DNA of 63,888 nt, counting the filler, from Octopus bimaculoides (Eukaryota), in NCBI RefSeq assembly GCF_001194135.2. It is 9 parts of 8 records of this genome, joined end to end, with 100 filler letters (N's around TTAATTAATTAA, not from the genome) between each part and the next. Parts side by side here need not be neighbours in the genome. Positions count along the whole stretch, not along the records: positions 1 to 13,701 come from NC_068994.1; 8 more parts are not named here. One strand, 5' to 3'. A program made the position numbers and the translations under genes. Within the stretch, counting starts at the first letter, position 1. Every line of letters starts with the position of its first letter. Below, piece after piece: positions 1-11,640 of the stretch. The notes beneath the pieces are model-generated. The model ran no database searches, was not told the origin of the DNA, and saw nothing but the letters and a program-made list of their open reading frames with translations.

Positions 1-22
1 ATATATATATATATATATATAT

Positions 23-143
23 AGGCGTAGGAGTGGTTGTGTGGTAAGAAGCTTGCTTACCAACCACATGGTTGTGGGTTCAGTCCCACTGCATAGCACC
101 TTGGTCAAGTGTCTTGTACTATGGCCTCGGGCCGACCAAAGCC
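23..143 (+). mobile_element. SINE family A, 5' fragment (tRNA-like head plus CORE-like block)
   Basis: GGCGTAGGAGTGGTTGTGTGGTAAG...GGGTTCAGTCCCACTG...CCTTGGTCAAGTGTCTT; the same sequence recurs many times in the window (16.8, 18.6, 19.6, 20.0, 23.5, 46.8, 52.4 kb). Confidence 0.85.
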
Positions 144-1652
144 TCATTTCAGTTCAGTAAACTGGGACAACGGGAATTGAATCACCTCACTCAGGGACAC
201 ATACTCCATTCGGTCCGGGGCCCAGAATTTACGACTTTACGATCTTGAGACCAGCGTCCTAAGGTCTAGACGGAGCAGCTTCAGATTATTATCTGATGAG
301 ATGTTAAGAAAGGCTGAAACTCGCTCTCTGGATATAAGTTTAGGGCCACCAGTGGGGTGGGTGGGGGAACTCATAGTTTAAACACGATGTATGCATACTT
401 TCCACGGCAAGGATGTGGAAAATGTGTTTACTAAAAACAAGCACGTGCTGGTACGTTTAAATTTACATTTCTACATGCATATACAGACATACTTACATTC
501 ATACATGCATACATATATACATATTTGCATACTCACACTCACACACACACACACATGTGTAGAGTATATATGCATATATATATATATATGCATATATATA
601 TATATATATATATANNNNNNNNNNNNNNNNNNNNNNNNNNNNNNNNNNNNNNNNNNNNNNNNNNNNNNNNNNNNNNNNNNNNNNNNNNNNNNNNNNNNNN
701 NNNNNNNNNNNNNNNNNNNNNNNNNNNNNNNNNNNNNNNNNNNNNNNNNNNNNNNNNNNNNNNNNNNNNNNNNNNNNNNNNNNNNNNNNNNNNNNNNNNN
801 NNNNNNNNNNNNNNNNNNNNNNNNNNNNNNNNNNNNNNNNNNNNNNNNNNNNNNNNNNNNNNNNNNNNNNNNNNNNNNNNNNNNNNNNNNNNNNNNNNNN
901 NNNNNNNNNNNNNNNNNNNNNNNNNNNNNNNNNNNNNNNNNNNNNNNNNNNNNNNNNNNNNNNNNNNNNNNNNNNNNNNNNNNNNNNNNNNNNNNNNNNN
1001 NNNNNNNNNNNNNNNNNNNNNNNNNNNNNNNNNNNNNNNNNNNNNNNNNNNNNNNNNNNNNNNNNNNNNNNNNNNNNNNNNNNNNNNNNNNNNNNNNNNN
1101 NNNNNNNNNNNNNNNNNNNNNNNNNNNNNNNNNNNNNNNNNNNNNNNNNNNNNNNNNNNNNNNNNNNNNNNNNNNNNNNNNNNNNNNNNNNNNNNNNNNN
1201 NNNNNNNNNNNNNNNNNNNNNNNNNNNNNNNNNNNNNNNNNNNNNNNNNNNNNNNNNNNNNNNNNNNNNNNNNNNNNNNNNNNNNNNNNNNNNNNNNNNN
1301 NNNNNNNNNNNNNNNNNNNNNNNNNNNNNNNNNNNNNNNNNNNNNNNNNNNNNNNNNNNNNNNNNNNNNNNNNNNNNNNNNNNNNNNNNNNNNNNNNNNN
1401 NNNNNNNNNNNNNNNNNNNNNNNNNNNNNNNNNNNNNNNNNNNNNNNNNNNNNNNNNNNNNNNNNNNNNNNNNNAACAAAAATCCATCTTTCCATTTTAA
1501 TGTGGTATTCCTTACCTCCTTCCCTCTCCCCCTCTCTCTCCTTCTCTCTCTTTCTCTCCTAAGACCCCCTACCCCCTTCCTTCTACAACAACTTCCTCCC
1601 ACATAGCTAGCTTCTTTAGCCATCCATCCGTCCATGTTTTTTTTTTCCTCTG

Positions 1653-1726
1653 CGTCAATCACTACTACTACTTCAACATGTTGAATGAGGTGCGTTGGAA
1701 TCCAGAACTGGTGTCGCTTCCGAGGC
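1653..1726 (+). repeat. Unclassified ~60-bp module, copy A
   Basis: CGTCAATC...TTCAACATGTTG...GTGCGTTGGAATCCAGAACTGGTGTCGCTTCCGAGGC; 35/37 identical to copy B over the core. Confidence 0.85.
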
Positions 1727-1971
1727 ATCCCTCCCTCCCTCCATGTAACCACGCACAGGCACATGCACTCACGCATCATATATGCGCGCACACGCATCAT
1801 ATATATATATATATATATGCACACGTACATACACACGCGCATCATATACCCACACACACATACACACGTTTGCGTAACGTGAACATAAATGTCTAGAATT
1901 CTCCTCATACATATATATGATTAGCTGTTTAATGCATGTATAATGTGTGTGTGTGTGTGTGTGTGTGTGTA

Positions 1972-2051
<80 letters not shown>

Positions 2052-2513
2052 CTAATATATCTGTGTGTAAGTACGTATGTATGGATGATGGATATATAAA
2101 TATATCTATGCATGCGTGTAGGTATGTATATGTATGTATGCATGTATATGTATGTGTGCATGTATGTATATGTATGCATGTATATATATATATATATATA
2201 TANNNNNNNNNNNNNNNNNNNNNNNNNNNNNNNNNNNNNNNNNNNNNNNNNNNNNNNNNNNNNNNNNNNNNNNNNNNNNNNNNNNNNNNNNNNNNNNNNN
2301 NNNNNNNNNNNNNNNNNNNNNNNNNNNNNNNNNNNNNNNNNNNNNNNNNNNNNNNNNNNNNNNNNNNNNNNNNNNNNNNNNNNNNNNNNNNNNNNNNNNN
2401 NNNNNNNNNNNNNNNNNNNNNNNNNNNNNNNNNNNNNNNNNNNNNNNNNNNNNNNNNNNNNNNNNNNNNNNNNNNNNNNNTATATGTATGTATGTATGTA
2501 TGTGTACATACAT

Positions 2514-2544
<31 letters not shown>

Positions 2545-2560
2545 CACATATATATATATA

Positions 2561-3200
2561 CTAGCAGAAATACCCGGCATTGCCCGGGTTAAAGAGAATA
2601 ATGAAATTTCAAAACGCCGTCTAGATTACGCAGGTCTCAGCTGCTAGTATCCGAGATACCGGCGTTCTACATTAATAACTCTGCAACCCATGCCAGCATA
2701 GGACACAGGCGTTAAGTGAAATGTTAAAGGAAAGTTTTCAACTCATATATGTATATAAAGTAAATACACGTAATTCAAAAACACGTTTTGTGTAGCTTAT
2801 TTCGTAACCAAAAAAAGAGGTACAGATTATAAACAATGAAAGGCCGATTTTGGTGATTCATTTGACAGAGGTAGTTGAGACGATAAATCTGACCTTGGAC
2901 CTTGAAAGTTTGCATGAATTCTGGCTCAGTGAAACTTCTTCGAGCTCCAAATGATGCCAATGGTATCTGTTGTTAGAGACTGTCGTCTAATGTTTAAGAT
3001 TGTCCTTAAAGCAAGTTTGTTGGAATCTTTCTAAAGCCTTGATGTGACGACGATATGTAGTCCAAGTATAAAACGGGTATAAAAGGTAAGTTGAGACGCA
3101 CGATCCACAGACGTTGAGCTTGGTTTTGAAGCTGGTACCTCGGTCAAACAACACACGATTTTCAAGCCTTACAAAGGATCTTACGACGCCATCTTCAGAT
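2561..3200 (-). mobile_element. Internally deleted Helitron: N-terminal Rep-region fragment joined to a 3' terminus
   Basis: Minus-strand ASFGARRSFTEPEFMQTFKVQGQIY (2775-2960) matches the Helitron_like_N motif MTSFGA...FMPTFKVQGQ(I/V)YH. The 3' end is a GC hairpin ACCCGG-CATTGC-CCGGGT (2572-2589) followed by CTAG (2561-2564) and a T flank on the minus strand. Confidence 0.8.
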
Positions 3201-3254
3201 TTATTTCAGCAAAAGAAAATAGAGGAGGATTAGTTAAATACGATTTTAGTTAAA

Positions 3255-3411
3255 TGCGATTTTATTCAACATCTTCCCCTCTCAAATTCACACACTTATT
3301 GCAGCAGTCCTTCAGATTTTCTAAGCCCTATAAAAGAACTTGCCAGGTTGGGCCCCCAACTATGTCTTTTGCGATATCCTTAAAGCCAGGGACTTTTCAA
3401 CAACCCATCGT
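3255..3411 (-). mobile_element. Mariner-type DNA transposon remnant (TIR-like end plus transposase C-terminus)
   Basis: Minus strand GLENLKDCCNKCVNLRGEDVE* resembles the mariner C-terminus GIxKLxxRWxKCxxxxGxYVE*. A TIR-like CGATGGGTTGTTGAAAAGTCCCTGGC lies at 3384-3411; no matching second TIR was seen. Confidence 0.6.
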
Positions 3412-4396
3412 GTGTGTGCGTTTATATATANNNNNNNNNNNNNNNNNNNNNNNNNNNNNNNNNNNNNNNNNNNNNNNNNNNNNNNNNNNNNNNNNNNNNN
3501 NNNNNNNNNNNNNNNNNNNNNNNNNNNNNNNNNNNNNNNNNNNNNNNNNNNNNNNNNNNNCCTAGTGGTCTTCTTTATATATACATATACAATAATCCCT
3601 TGAGATCTCATATATTTTTTCTGAATCTCTCTGATTCTTTTAATGTGCTTGCTTCCTGGTAATAAATCGATATTAATTAATATATAATCTTTTACCCTAA
3701 TGTTTTAATTTTATATATATATACATATATGGGTACAGGACGACAGCAGCAGTAAAACAACATGAAATACAAAAACAAATGAGCTAAAAATGCAAATAAC
3801 GAGAGAGAAAAAGGACAAGTAATACTATATCTCTCTCTCTCTATATATATATATATATTTATATATATGTGTTAATAAAAATATACATATACTCATATTT
3901 GGGGTTCTATTTTTTCTGTTTGCATACATACATACATACATACATACATACATACACACATATATACGTGCGTTTGTGTGTGTAAATACGTCGTAGTTTC
4001 TACACACACACACACACACACACACACTTTTATAAAGACAAACTAACTCCCAATGAAATTCCTTTCCCATTACTCTCGAGATCCGACGCCATGACACAAC
4101 AGGTTCTGTCATGAATGATGTCGAAAAATGTAGGATGTGCAGGCGGGGTGGGTGGAGGTGCGATGCACAAGATTAAAAGAGAAAAATAAATAAATCATAA
4201 ACTCCGTCATTCATTGTCGCGCTATCATTACGTCGTCTGCCATTTTTCCTCTGTCTGCTCTCACCTCTTGTCTCCGCCGTCACCGCCATCACGGAACCTC
4301 CATTACCTCTACTTAACACCTTCCCCCTTCTCACCATTCCTTCACTTCATGCTTCATTCATTCTTTCCATATTATTCATTTATATCGTCATCTTTT

Positions 4397-4460
4397 CCTT
4401 CGTCAATCTTCTTCAACACGTTGGTGCGATGGAATCTAGAACTGGTGTCGCTTCCGAGGC
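4397..4460 (+). repeat. Unclassified ~60-bp module, copy B
   Basis: CCTTCGTCAATC-TTC-TTCAACACGTTGGTGCGATGGAATCTAGAACTGGTGTCGCTTCCGAGGC. Confidence 0.85.
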
Positions 4461-4698
4461 GTCATTCCTATCATCTCTACAAAAGTATACGCGTGCGCGC
4501 GCGCACACACACACTCACTCACACACGTACACACACACATTCACACTCACAAACACACATGCTTAGGTACACAGACACATATATACGCACACACAAACAT
4601 TTTACACACGTAATTAGACATGCACACGCACGTTCACATACACACACACACACATATATATACATATATGTATATACACACACACATATATATGTATA

Positions 4699-4742
<44 letters not shown>

Positions 4743-5493
4743 TATATTTATTTATTTATNNNNNNNNNNNNNNNNNNNNNNNNNNNNNNNNNNNNNNNNN
4801 NNNNNNNNNNNNNNNNNNNNNNNNNNNNNNNNNNNNNNNNNNNNNNNNNNNNNNNNNNNNNNNNNNNNNNNNNNNNNNNNNNNNNNNNNNNNNNNNNNNN
4901 NNNNNNNNNNNNNNNNNNNNNNNNNNNNNNNNNNNNNNNNNNNNNNNNNNNNNNNNNNNNNNNNNNNNNNNNNNNNNNNNNNNNNNNNNNNNNNNNNNNN
5001 NNNNNNNNNNNNNNNNNNNNNNNNNNNNNNNNNNNNNNNNNNNNNNNNNNNNNNNNNNNNNNNNNNNNNNNNNNNNNNNNNNNNNNNNNNNNNNNNNNNN
5101 NNNNNNNNNNNNNNNNNNNNNNNNNNNNNNNNNNNNNNNNNNNNNNNNNNNNNNNNNNNNNNNNNNNNNNNNNNNNNNNNNNNNNNNNNNNNNNNNNNNN
5201 NNNNNNNNNNNNNNNNNNNNNNNNNNNNNNNNNNNNNNNNNNNNNNNNNNNNNNNNNNNNNNNNNNNNNNNNNNNNNNNNNNNNNNNNNNNNNNNNNNNN
5301 NNNNNNNNNNNNNNNNNNNNNNTGTCTAGAGCAGAAAATTTTATTATTTTATGTTTGACTTTTGTTTTGCATTTGTACAAGTTGGATCCAAGTCTCACCC
5401 AGAGACCTCAAGAGACAACAAGTTAGAAGTTCATGTAGGATGTGTGCGGTGCCTAGTAGGGCTACTTTCTGTATATTATTAAATTGTTATTTA

Positions 5494-5700
5494 AGGCGGC
5501 GATGTGGCTGAATCATTAAAACCCCAGGCAAAATGCTATGCGGTATTTCATCCGTCTTTACTATCTGAGTTCAAATTCTGCTTAGGTCGACTTTGCCTTT
5601 CATCCTTTTGGGATCGATAAATTAAGTACCAGTGAAACACTGGGTCGTCTAGTCCCTTCCCTCCAAATTTCAGGCCCTGTGCCTTTAGTAGAAAGGATTA
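5494..5700 (+). mobile_element. SINE family B (~210 bp, ATT-repeat tail)
   Basis: AAGGCGGCGATGTGGCTGAATC...TGAGTTCAAATTC...GGTCGACTTTGCCTTTCATCC...GTAGAAAGGATTATT; more than 12 related copies in the window. Confidence 0.85.
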
Positions 5701-5739
5701 TTATAATAATTGTTATTATTATCATTCAGGCATACCTTG

Positions 5740-6190
5740 ATCCAAAAGTGTTATCTTCTTGCTCCAAATATAATTAGACATTCAGAGTAAACATTTGTGT
5801 GCTGGAGGTCTGCTGTACTCCACCTCCGAATGTAGCAGTCGAGGAGGTGGTGAAGCAGCTCTGTAAGTGTTTCGACCCCTTCCATCATGACACCAGAACT
5901 GCTTGGGGTCATCCACCGATATAGGCAACAAAACATCTACACAACAGCACGAGGTTTGTTAAGTTAGATGTTGTGACTTTGGGCCGGATGTTTCGACCAT
6001 CTTCAACGCTCATTCTTGATGCATCGCTCGGCTTCTCTTGAGCCAAATGTAATGGCTTCTCTTTCTCAGCGACCTCCGTCTGTTTTCTGGCAATACCTTT
6101 TTGTATCCTTCGTAGCTAGTCCAGGATCCTTGAGCATCGAATGAACCCTGTTTACAACAAATCCTCAAGCACTTATCTCCAAAGCTTTCA
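5740..6190 (-). mobile_element. Probable Penelope-like element 3' fragment with degenerate hammerhead-like cores
   Basis: Minus strand REAITFGSREAERCIKNE weakly resembles the PLE GIY-YIG tail (KEAIxI...INxD). It is followed by TTGAAGATGGTCGAAACATC and GATGACCCC...GGGGTCGAAAC motifs typical of PLE pseudo-LTRs. Confidence 0.45.
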
Positions 6191-6219
6191 ACAAATACAG
6201 AGGGGAGAGAAATCAAACG

Positions 6220-6272
<53 letters not shown>

Positions 6273-6599
6273 AGGACGACGGCATCTGTAAGAAAGAGGG
6301 AGGGGAGAGCTTAAGGAAAATAAAATAAAACTTAAACATGTATACAATTTTGTTTAAATCTTCCAATGTAAATTGTAACTCGTTCAACGCCACATATATC
6401 CCCGTGGATCATCGCAAAATTCACGCAACTTCCATATGTACCACCGTTGGTACATTTTCATCATTTTAGAAAATATTTTATTCTGTATTTTTGATATGGG
6501 TTTGAGGATATTTAAATAACATGAGCGCTAAATATTAAATTTTAATTATGAAATATTGTAGGAATGCAAAAACAATTACATTCCCTTGTGATTAGATAG

Positions 6600-6897
6600 T
6601 ATGTAGTGTGGCCGCTCGAAACACGTGGCGCCAGCAAAGGGTTCCTTTAACAGGTAGTGGTGGTTAACGTGTTAAGAGAATGTTTAAAGTACATGTGATG
6701 GGGGTCACTGATCTGTGAAGTTATGCGTGAAAATTCACTAATTAAAGGTGTTTTAAAAGTACATACACACCAAAGGTATATCACATTTTCTAGTAAATTA
6801 AATACAATTATATGGTGACTGAACACACTGAAAAGCAGGTACATTTTAATAGAAAGGATGTTATGTATATATATATGTACTATTCGTGTACATAGTA

Positions 6898-6950
<53 letters not shown>

Positions 6951-7070
6951 ACCAATCTAGCTTCGCTTGTCTACTAAGATGGCCGCTGCTTTGCTCAAGT
7001 GAATACTTCACCGAATTGAAGTCTTTTAACACGAGTTGGCTGTCTTGCGAAACATTATATTTGGTATGTA
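6600..7070 (+). promoter_or_regulatory. Putative promoter-like patch
   Basis: Local CpG enrichment, E-box CACGTG (6622-6627), CCAATC (6952-6957) and YY1-like AAGATGGCCGC (6976-6986). A possible donor TG|GTATGT at 7063/7064 also coincides with the start of a (TATG)n tract. Confidence 0.3.
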
Positions 7071-7682
7071 TGTATGTGTGTATGTATGTATGCATGTATG
7101 CATGTATGTATGTATGTATGTATATTCGGAGCTGTTTGTATGTAAGTTTGTGAGTATGTATATTCGGATATGTTTGTATGTGAGTGTGTGAGACTGTATA
7201 TGCGTGTATGTATGTGTGTATGCCTACGTATATATATATGTGTGTGTGTGTGCACATGTGCGCGCATGCTTGTATTCTGACGATCGATAAAATTGAAATA
7301 GAGGAAAAGACACCAACAGACAAGAGAGGCAGACAAAAAAAATGAGAGAGAGAGAGAGAGAGACAAGTATAGAAAGCAGAGAATAACATTACGTATTTAG
7401 TTTGACATACATATAATATAGTCAGAGATCAAGTGAGAGAGTGAGACAGCGGGAGAGAAATCAAGCGAGAGAGAGAGAAAGAGAGAGACGGTAAGAGAGG
7501 GAGAGAGAGAGACGGAGAGCGAGAGAGAAAGAGAGATAGAGAGAAGACGACGACGTCTGTAAGAGAGGAAGAGGGAGTGGGAGGGAGAGCTTAAGGAAAA
7601 TAAAATATTACAGAAAGAAAGAGTAGGAGAAAGAATCAAAGGTGGAGAAAGGCTAAAGATGTAAGAGAGTAGGAGAGAGAGA

Positions 7683-7753
<71 letters not shown>

Positions 7754-7890
7754 ATGTAGTATGAATGAGATGTGGAAAGTTCCTCCAGATTTTTCTTTAT
7801 ATTTTTTAATTGTTTATATCTTTTCTTTTCCCCCCGCCACTTATTTTATTTTTTTTTTTCTTCATTTATTTATTCCCGTAGTATTTGGTT

Positions 7891-7949
7891 TGGAAGCGAC
7901 ACCAGTTCTGGATTCCATCGTAACAACGTGTTGAATTGATTGACGAAGG
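7891..7949 (-). repeat. Unclassified ~60-bp module, copy C (inverted)
   Basis: Reverse complement CCTTCGTCAATC-AA-TTCAACACGTTGTTACGATGGAATCCAGAACTGGTGTCGCTTCCA; 28/29 identical to copies A and B over the core. Confidence 0.85.
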
Positions 7950-8277
7950 GATGGATGGATGATGGATGATTGGTGTTTATATATATATATATATGGATGG
8001 GTAAAGGTAGATGAATGGTAGAACGGGTGGGTGGTGGTTGGTTAGGTGTATGTGTGTTTGTGCCGGGAAGGAGAGAAATGGTGAGTGGGTATTTTCGATT
8101 GAGGGCTACCGTAGCTATGATGAAAGGGGATAGAATTTTTTCTATCTTTTCCGTCACAAACCACCGACAATCATCACCAATCAACATGTTCTATGTAGTG
8201 TCACCATTGAGCACAAACACTCACTATATGTATATAGAAAAACGAGGTGTGTGTGTGTGTGTGTAAATATATATATA

Positions 8278-8327
<50 letters not shown>

Positions 8328-9254
8328 NNNNNNNNNNNNNNNNNNNNNNNNNNNNNNNNNNNNNNNNNNNNNNNNNNNNNNNNNNNNNNNNNNNNNNNNN
8401 NNNNNNNNNNNNNNNNNNNNNNNNNNNNNNNNNNNNNNNNNNNNNNNNNNNNNNNNNNNNNNNNNNNNNNNNNNNNNNNNNNNNNNNNNNNNNNNNNNNN
8501 NNNNNNNNNNNNNNNNNNNNNNNNNNNNNNNNNNNNNNNNNNNNNNNNNNNNNNNNNNNNNNNNNNNNNNNNNNNNNNNNNNNNNNNNNNNNNNNNNNNN
8601 NNNNNNNNNNNNNNNNNNNNNNNNNNNNNNNNNNNNNNNNNNNNNNNNNNNNNNNNNNNNNNNNNNNNNNNNNNNNNNNNNNNNNNNNNNNNNNNNNNNN
8701 NNNNNNNNNNNNNNNNNNNNNNNNNNNNNNNNNNNNNNNNNNNNNNNNNNNNNNNNNNNNNNNNNNNNNNNNNNNNNNNNNNNNNNNNNNNNNNNNNNNN
8801 NNNNNNNNNNNNNNNNNNNNNNNNNNNNNNNNNNNNNNNNNNNNNNNNNNNNNNNNNNNNNNNNNNNNNNNNNNNNNNNNNNNNNNNNNNNNNNNNNNNN
8901 NNNNNNNNNNNNNNNNNNNNNNNNNNNNNNNNNNNNNNNNNNNNNNNNNNNNNNNNNNNNNNNNNNNNNNNNNNNNNNNNNNNNNNNNNNNNNNNNNNNN
9001 NNNNNNNNNNNNNNNNNNNNNNNNNNNNNNNNNNNNNNNNNNNNNNNNNNNNNNNNNNNNNNNNNNNNNNNNNNNNNNNNNNNNNNNNNNNNNNNNNNNN
9101 NNNNNNNNNNNNNNNNNNNNNNNNNNNNNNNNNNNNNNNNNNNNNNNNNNNNNNNNNNNNNNNNNNNNNNNNNNNNNNNNNNNNNNNNNNNNNNNNNNNN
9201 NNNNNNNNNNNNNNNNNNNNNNNNNNNNNNNNNNNNNNNNNNNNNNNNNNNNNA

Positions 9255-9420
9255 TATATATAAGACGAGCTTCTTTCAGTTTCCGTCTACCCCAATTTCA
9301 CTCACAAGACTTTGGTCAGCCCAGAGCTACGTAGTAGAGGACACTCGACCAAGGTGCTACAAAATGGGACTGAACGTGGAACCATGTTGTCGGGAAGCAA
9401 ACTTGTCATCACACAGGCAC
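9255..9420 (-). mobile_element. SINE family A fragment
   Basis: GACGAGCTTCTTTCAGTTTCCGTCTAC...GGGACTGAACGTGGAACCATG matches the reverse complement of other family A copies. Confidence 0.8.
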
Positions 9421-9879
9421 ACCGGCATGCATGTGTGTGTACGTGCGTATGTATGTACGTAGGTAAAATATGTAGATATATGGAGGTAGATGCGTGTCGT
9501 TAGACGACGAAGATTTAGTTGCATGCTCAGCTGAATTACCTGCCCCTGAGTTAACGCAGCATTGACTTAAATGCTCAGGTGGGATCAATGTGATAGAGTT
9601 GTTGTAGTGAAAATGGTACACCCGTTTCGACGCGACAAAGTTGTATGACACGGCCACTATGAAGTCAGACGGTCAGTCGTTGTAGGAGGTCAGTAGTAGT
9701 AGGGCCGTTGTACGAGTTCTCATTTGGAGTCAATGTCAGTTACGTGATATATACGAGTTCGTGAAAGTAGACATTTCAAAGTCATTGTCTTGCGGAGTTG
9801 TCAACTATAGCACGATGGACGAGTCAAAGATAATAAGACGCGGAATACCGTCACAACATAATAATGGCGACAAGAATAT

Positions 9880-10092
9880 TCTTTTCTTCTCTAGGTACAA
9901 GGCCCTAAATTTTTGGGGAGGGGGCCAGTCGATTACATTGACCCAGTATGCAACTGGTACTTAATTTATCGACCTCGAAAGGATGAAAGGCAAAATCGAC
10001 CTCGCGGAATTTGGACTCAGTACGTAAGGGCAGACGAAATACCGCTAAGCATTTCGTCCGGCGTGCTAACGTTTCTGCCAGCTCGACGCCTT
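9880..10092 (-). mobile_element. SINE family B
   Basis: Reverse complement of the family B consensus, ending CTGCCAGCTCGACGCCTT. Confidence 0.85.
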
Positions 10093-10624
10093 GGCGACAA
10101 AAATATTACAGTGCCGACAATAACATACAAGTGGACGAGGATCCACGTTATAACTAGAGTGTGTACCAAGGCAGTCTGCATTTGTCGGGCATCTGTACAG
10201 TTTCCGCTCACAAGCCGTGTAAAGGCGATCCGAAGCCATGGAAAACGACATTTTCCGAAGGTGACTCAGAGTGGAATCAAGTTCGGAACTCATATCTGTT
10301 AAACGAACTTCTTAACTAGTCGACTGCACTGCGTTTATACACACGCACACACACACACGCACGCATGCACACACACACACACTCACACACACACGCACAC
10401 ACGCATACACACATATACACACACGCACGCACAAAAGCACACATACAAATCCTAGTTTCCAGTGTATAAAGCACAATGAAATATTTTAAGTTTGAATAAA
10501 AAATTTTATTTGCAGGTTTGTAATTTCTCATATTCAAAAGAGAAATTCGAAAACATATATATATATTCGAACACAAATATAGAAGTTATAGATTGTGCTT
10601 TGTCCAAAATACATCCAAATGACT

Positions 10625-10780
10625 TTAGAGCACCGGATATTTCGAACTTGTATCATTGCACCAACATTGAGTCTTCAGGTTCCTGAGATGGATAATTGAG
10701 GCTCTTTCTTTCAGTTTGAGGATTTGAGTTGGCATATCAGGAGGATGCAGGCCATTGAGGAATTTCACTGTGTTTTTCGA
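10625..10780 (-). pseudogene. Helitron PIF1-type helicase fragment
   Basis: Minus strand TVKFLNGLHPPDMPTQILKLKERASIIHLRNLKTQCWCNDT matches the Helitron helicase motif PxEFLNSLxPxGMPPHxLxLKxGxxIMLLRNL...GLCNGT; upstream sequence is frameshifted. Not shown in the ORF track. Confidence 0.75.
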
Positions 10781-11463
10781 GTTCTTTTACATCTAAATTT
10801 GCATCCATGGGTTTATTTTGGCAGTTGTCTCTCAATCCGAGAAAGACGTTTCTGCAATTTCTTACTGAACAACCTGTACAGATGATTTGTTTATAGTGAT
10901 CAAATGTTTCAGCTACACATAAGCTCATTCCCTCCGTCAAATCGATATTGTTTGTACTGGCGCACGATGTGATACGCGTCACATGTCGAAGTGGTCGTAG
11001 TGCATTATGAAATGGAGTGTTTTATTCAAGAACATAACACACAACATGTTCCGGGCAAATAACTCGTGACTTCACGATCGTGACTGCGACCATGCTGTAG
11101 CATATTTGTTATATATGCACACACACACACAGACAGACAGAGGCAGAGACAGAGGTACAATATGAATAACTGAACCGCCAGTTACGTCTCTCAGCCTTTT
11201 CCCCCTCTTTTCCGCAAGAGAAGACAAACGCACCAAACATTGTACATCCTAAATTCGTGCGCTTCGCACATACATGTACATGTCATACACACATATACAC
11301 GTCACACACACACACACCTACCCACCTATCAATTTAGATGCTTGCTTACCAGCTGCGCCGGCCGACCTGTTTATCGATTTTTAGTCAACTGTTTACCACT
11401 CACTCACTACACATGCGCACACACACACACAGACACATGCACGCACGCACACACGGGTGCGTG

Positions 11464-11495
<32 letters not shown>

Positions 11496-11593
11496 AGCAC
11501 ATATATATATATGTATATATTTATATATATATATATTGATATATATATATATATATATATACATTTATATGTGTGTGTATATATATATATATA

Positions 11594-11640
<47 letters not shown>

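Noticed and set aside
6612-6635. Hammerhead-like GAAACACGTGGC
   Set aside because: No CUGANGA core or stem II upstream, and the U16.1 position is G.
1653-7949. The 60-bp module as coding micro-exons (RWNPELVSLP), CRISPR repeats, a CTCF site or an LTR primer-binding site
   Set aside because: No flanking splice sites and mixed orientation; kilobase irregular spacing in a eukaryote; only GGTGTCGC fits the CTCF core; TGGTGTCGCTTCC matches no tRNA 3' end I know and no LTR precedes it.
10737-10982. 81-aa ORF as a host gene
   Set aside because: Overlaps the frameshifted Helitron helicase relic; the informative motif is in another frame.
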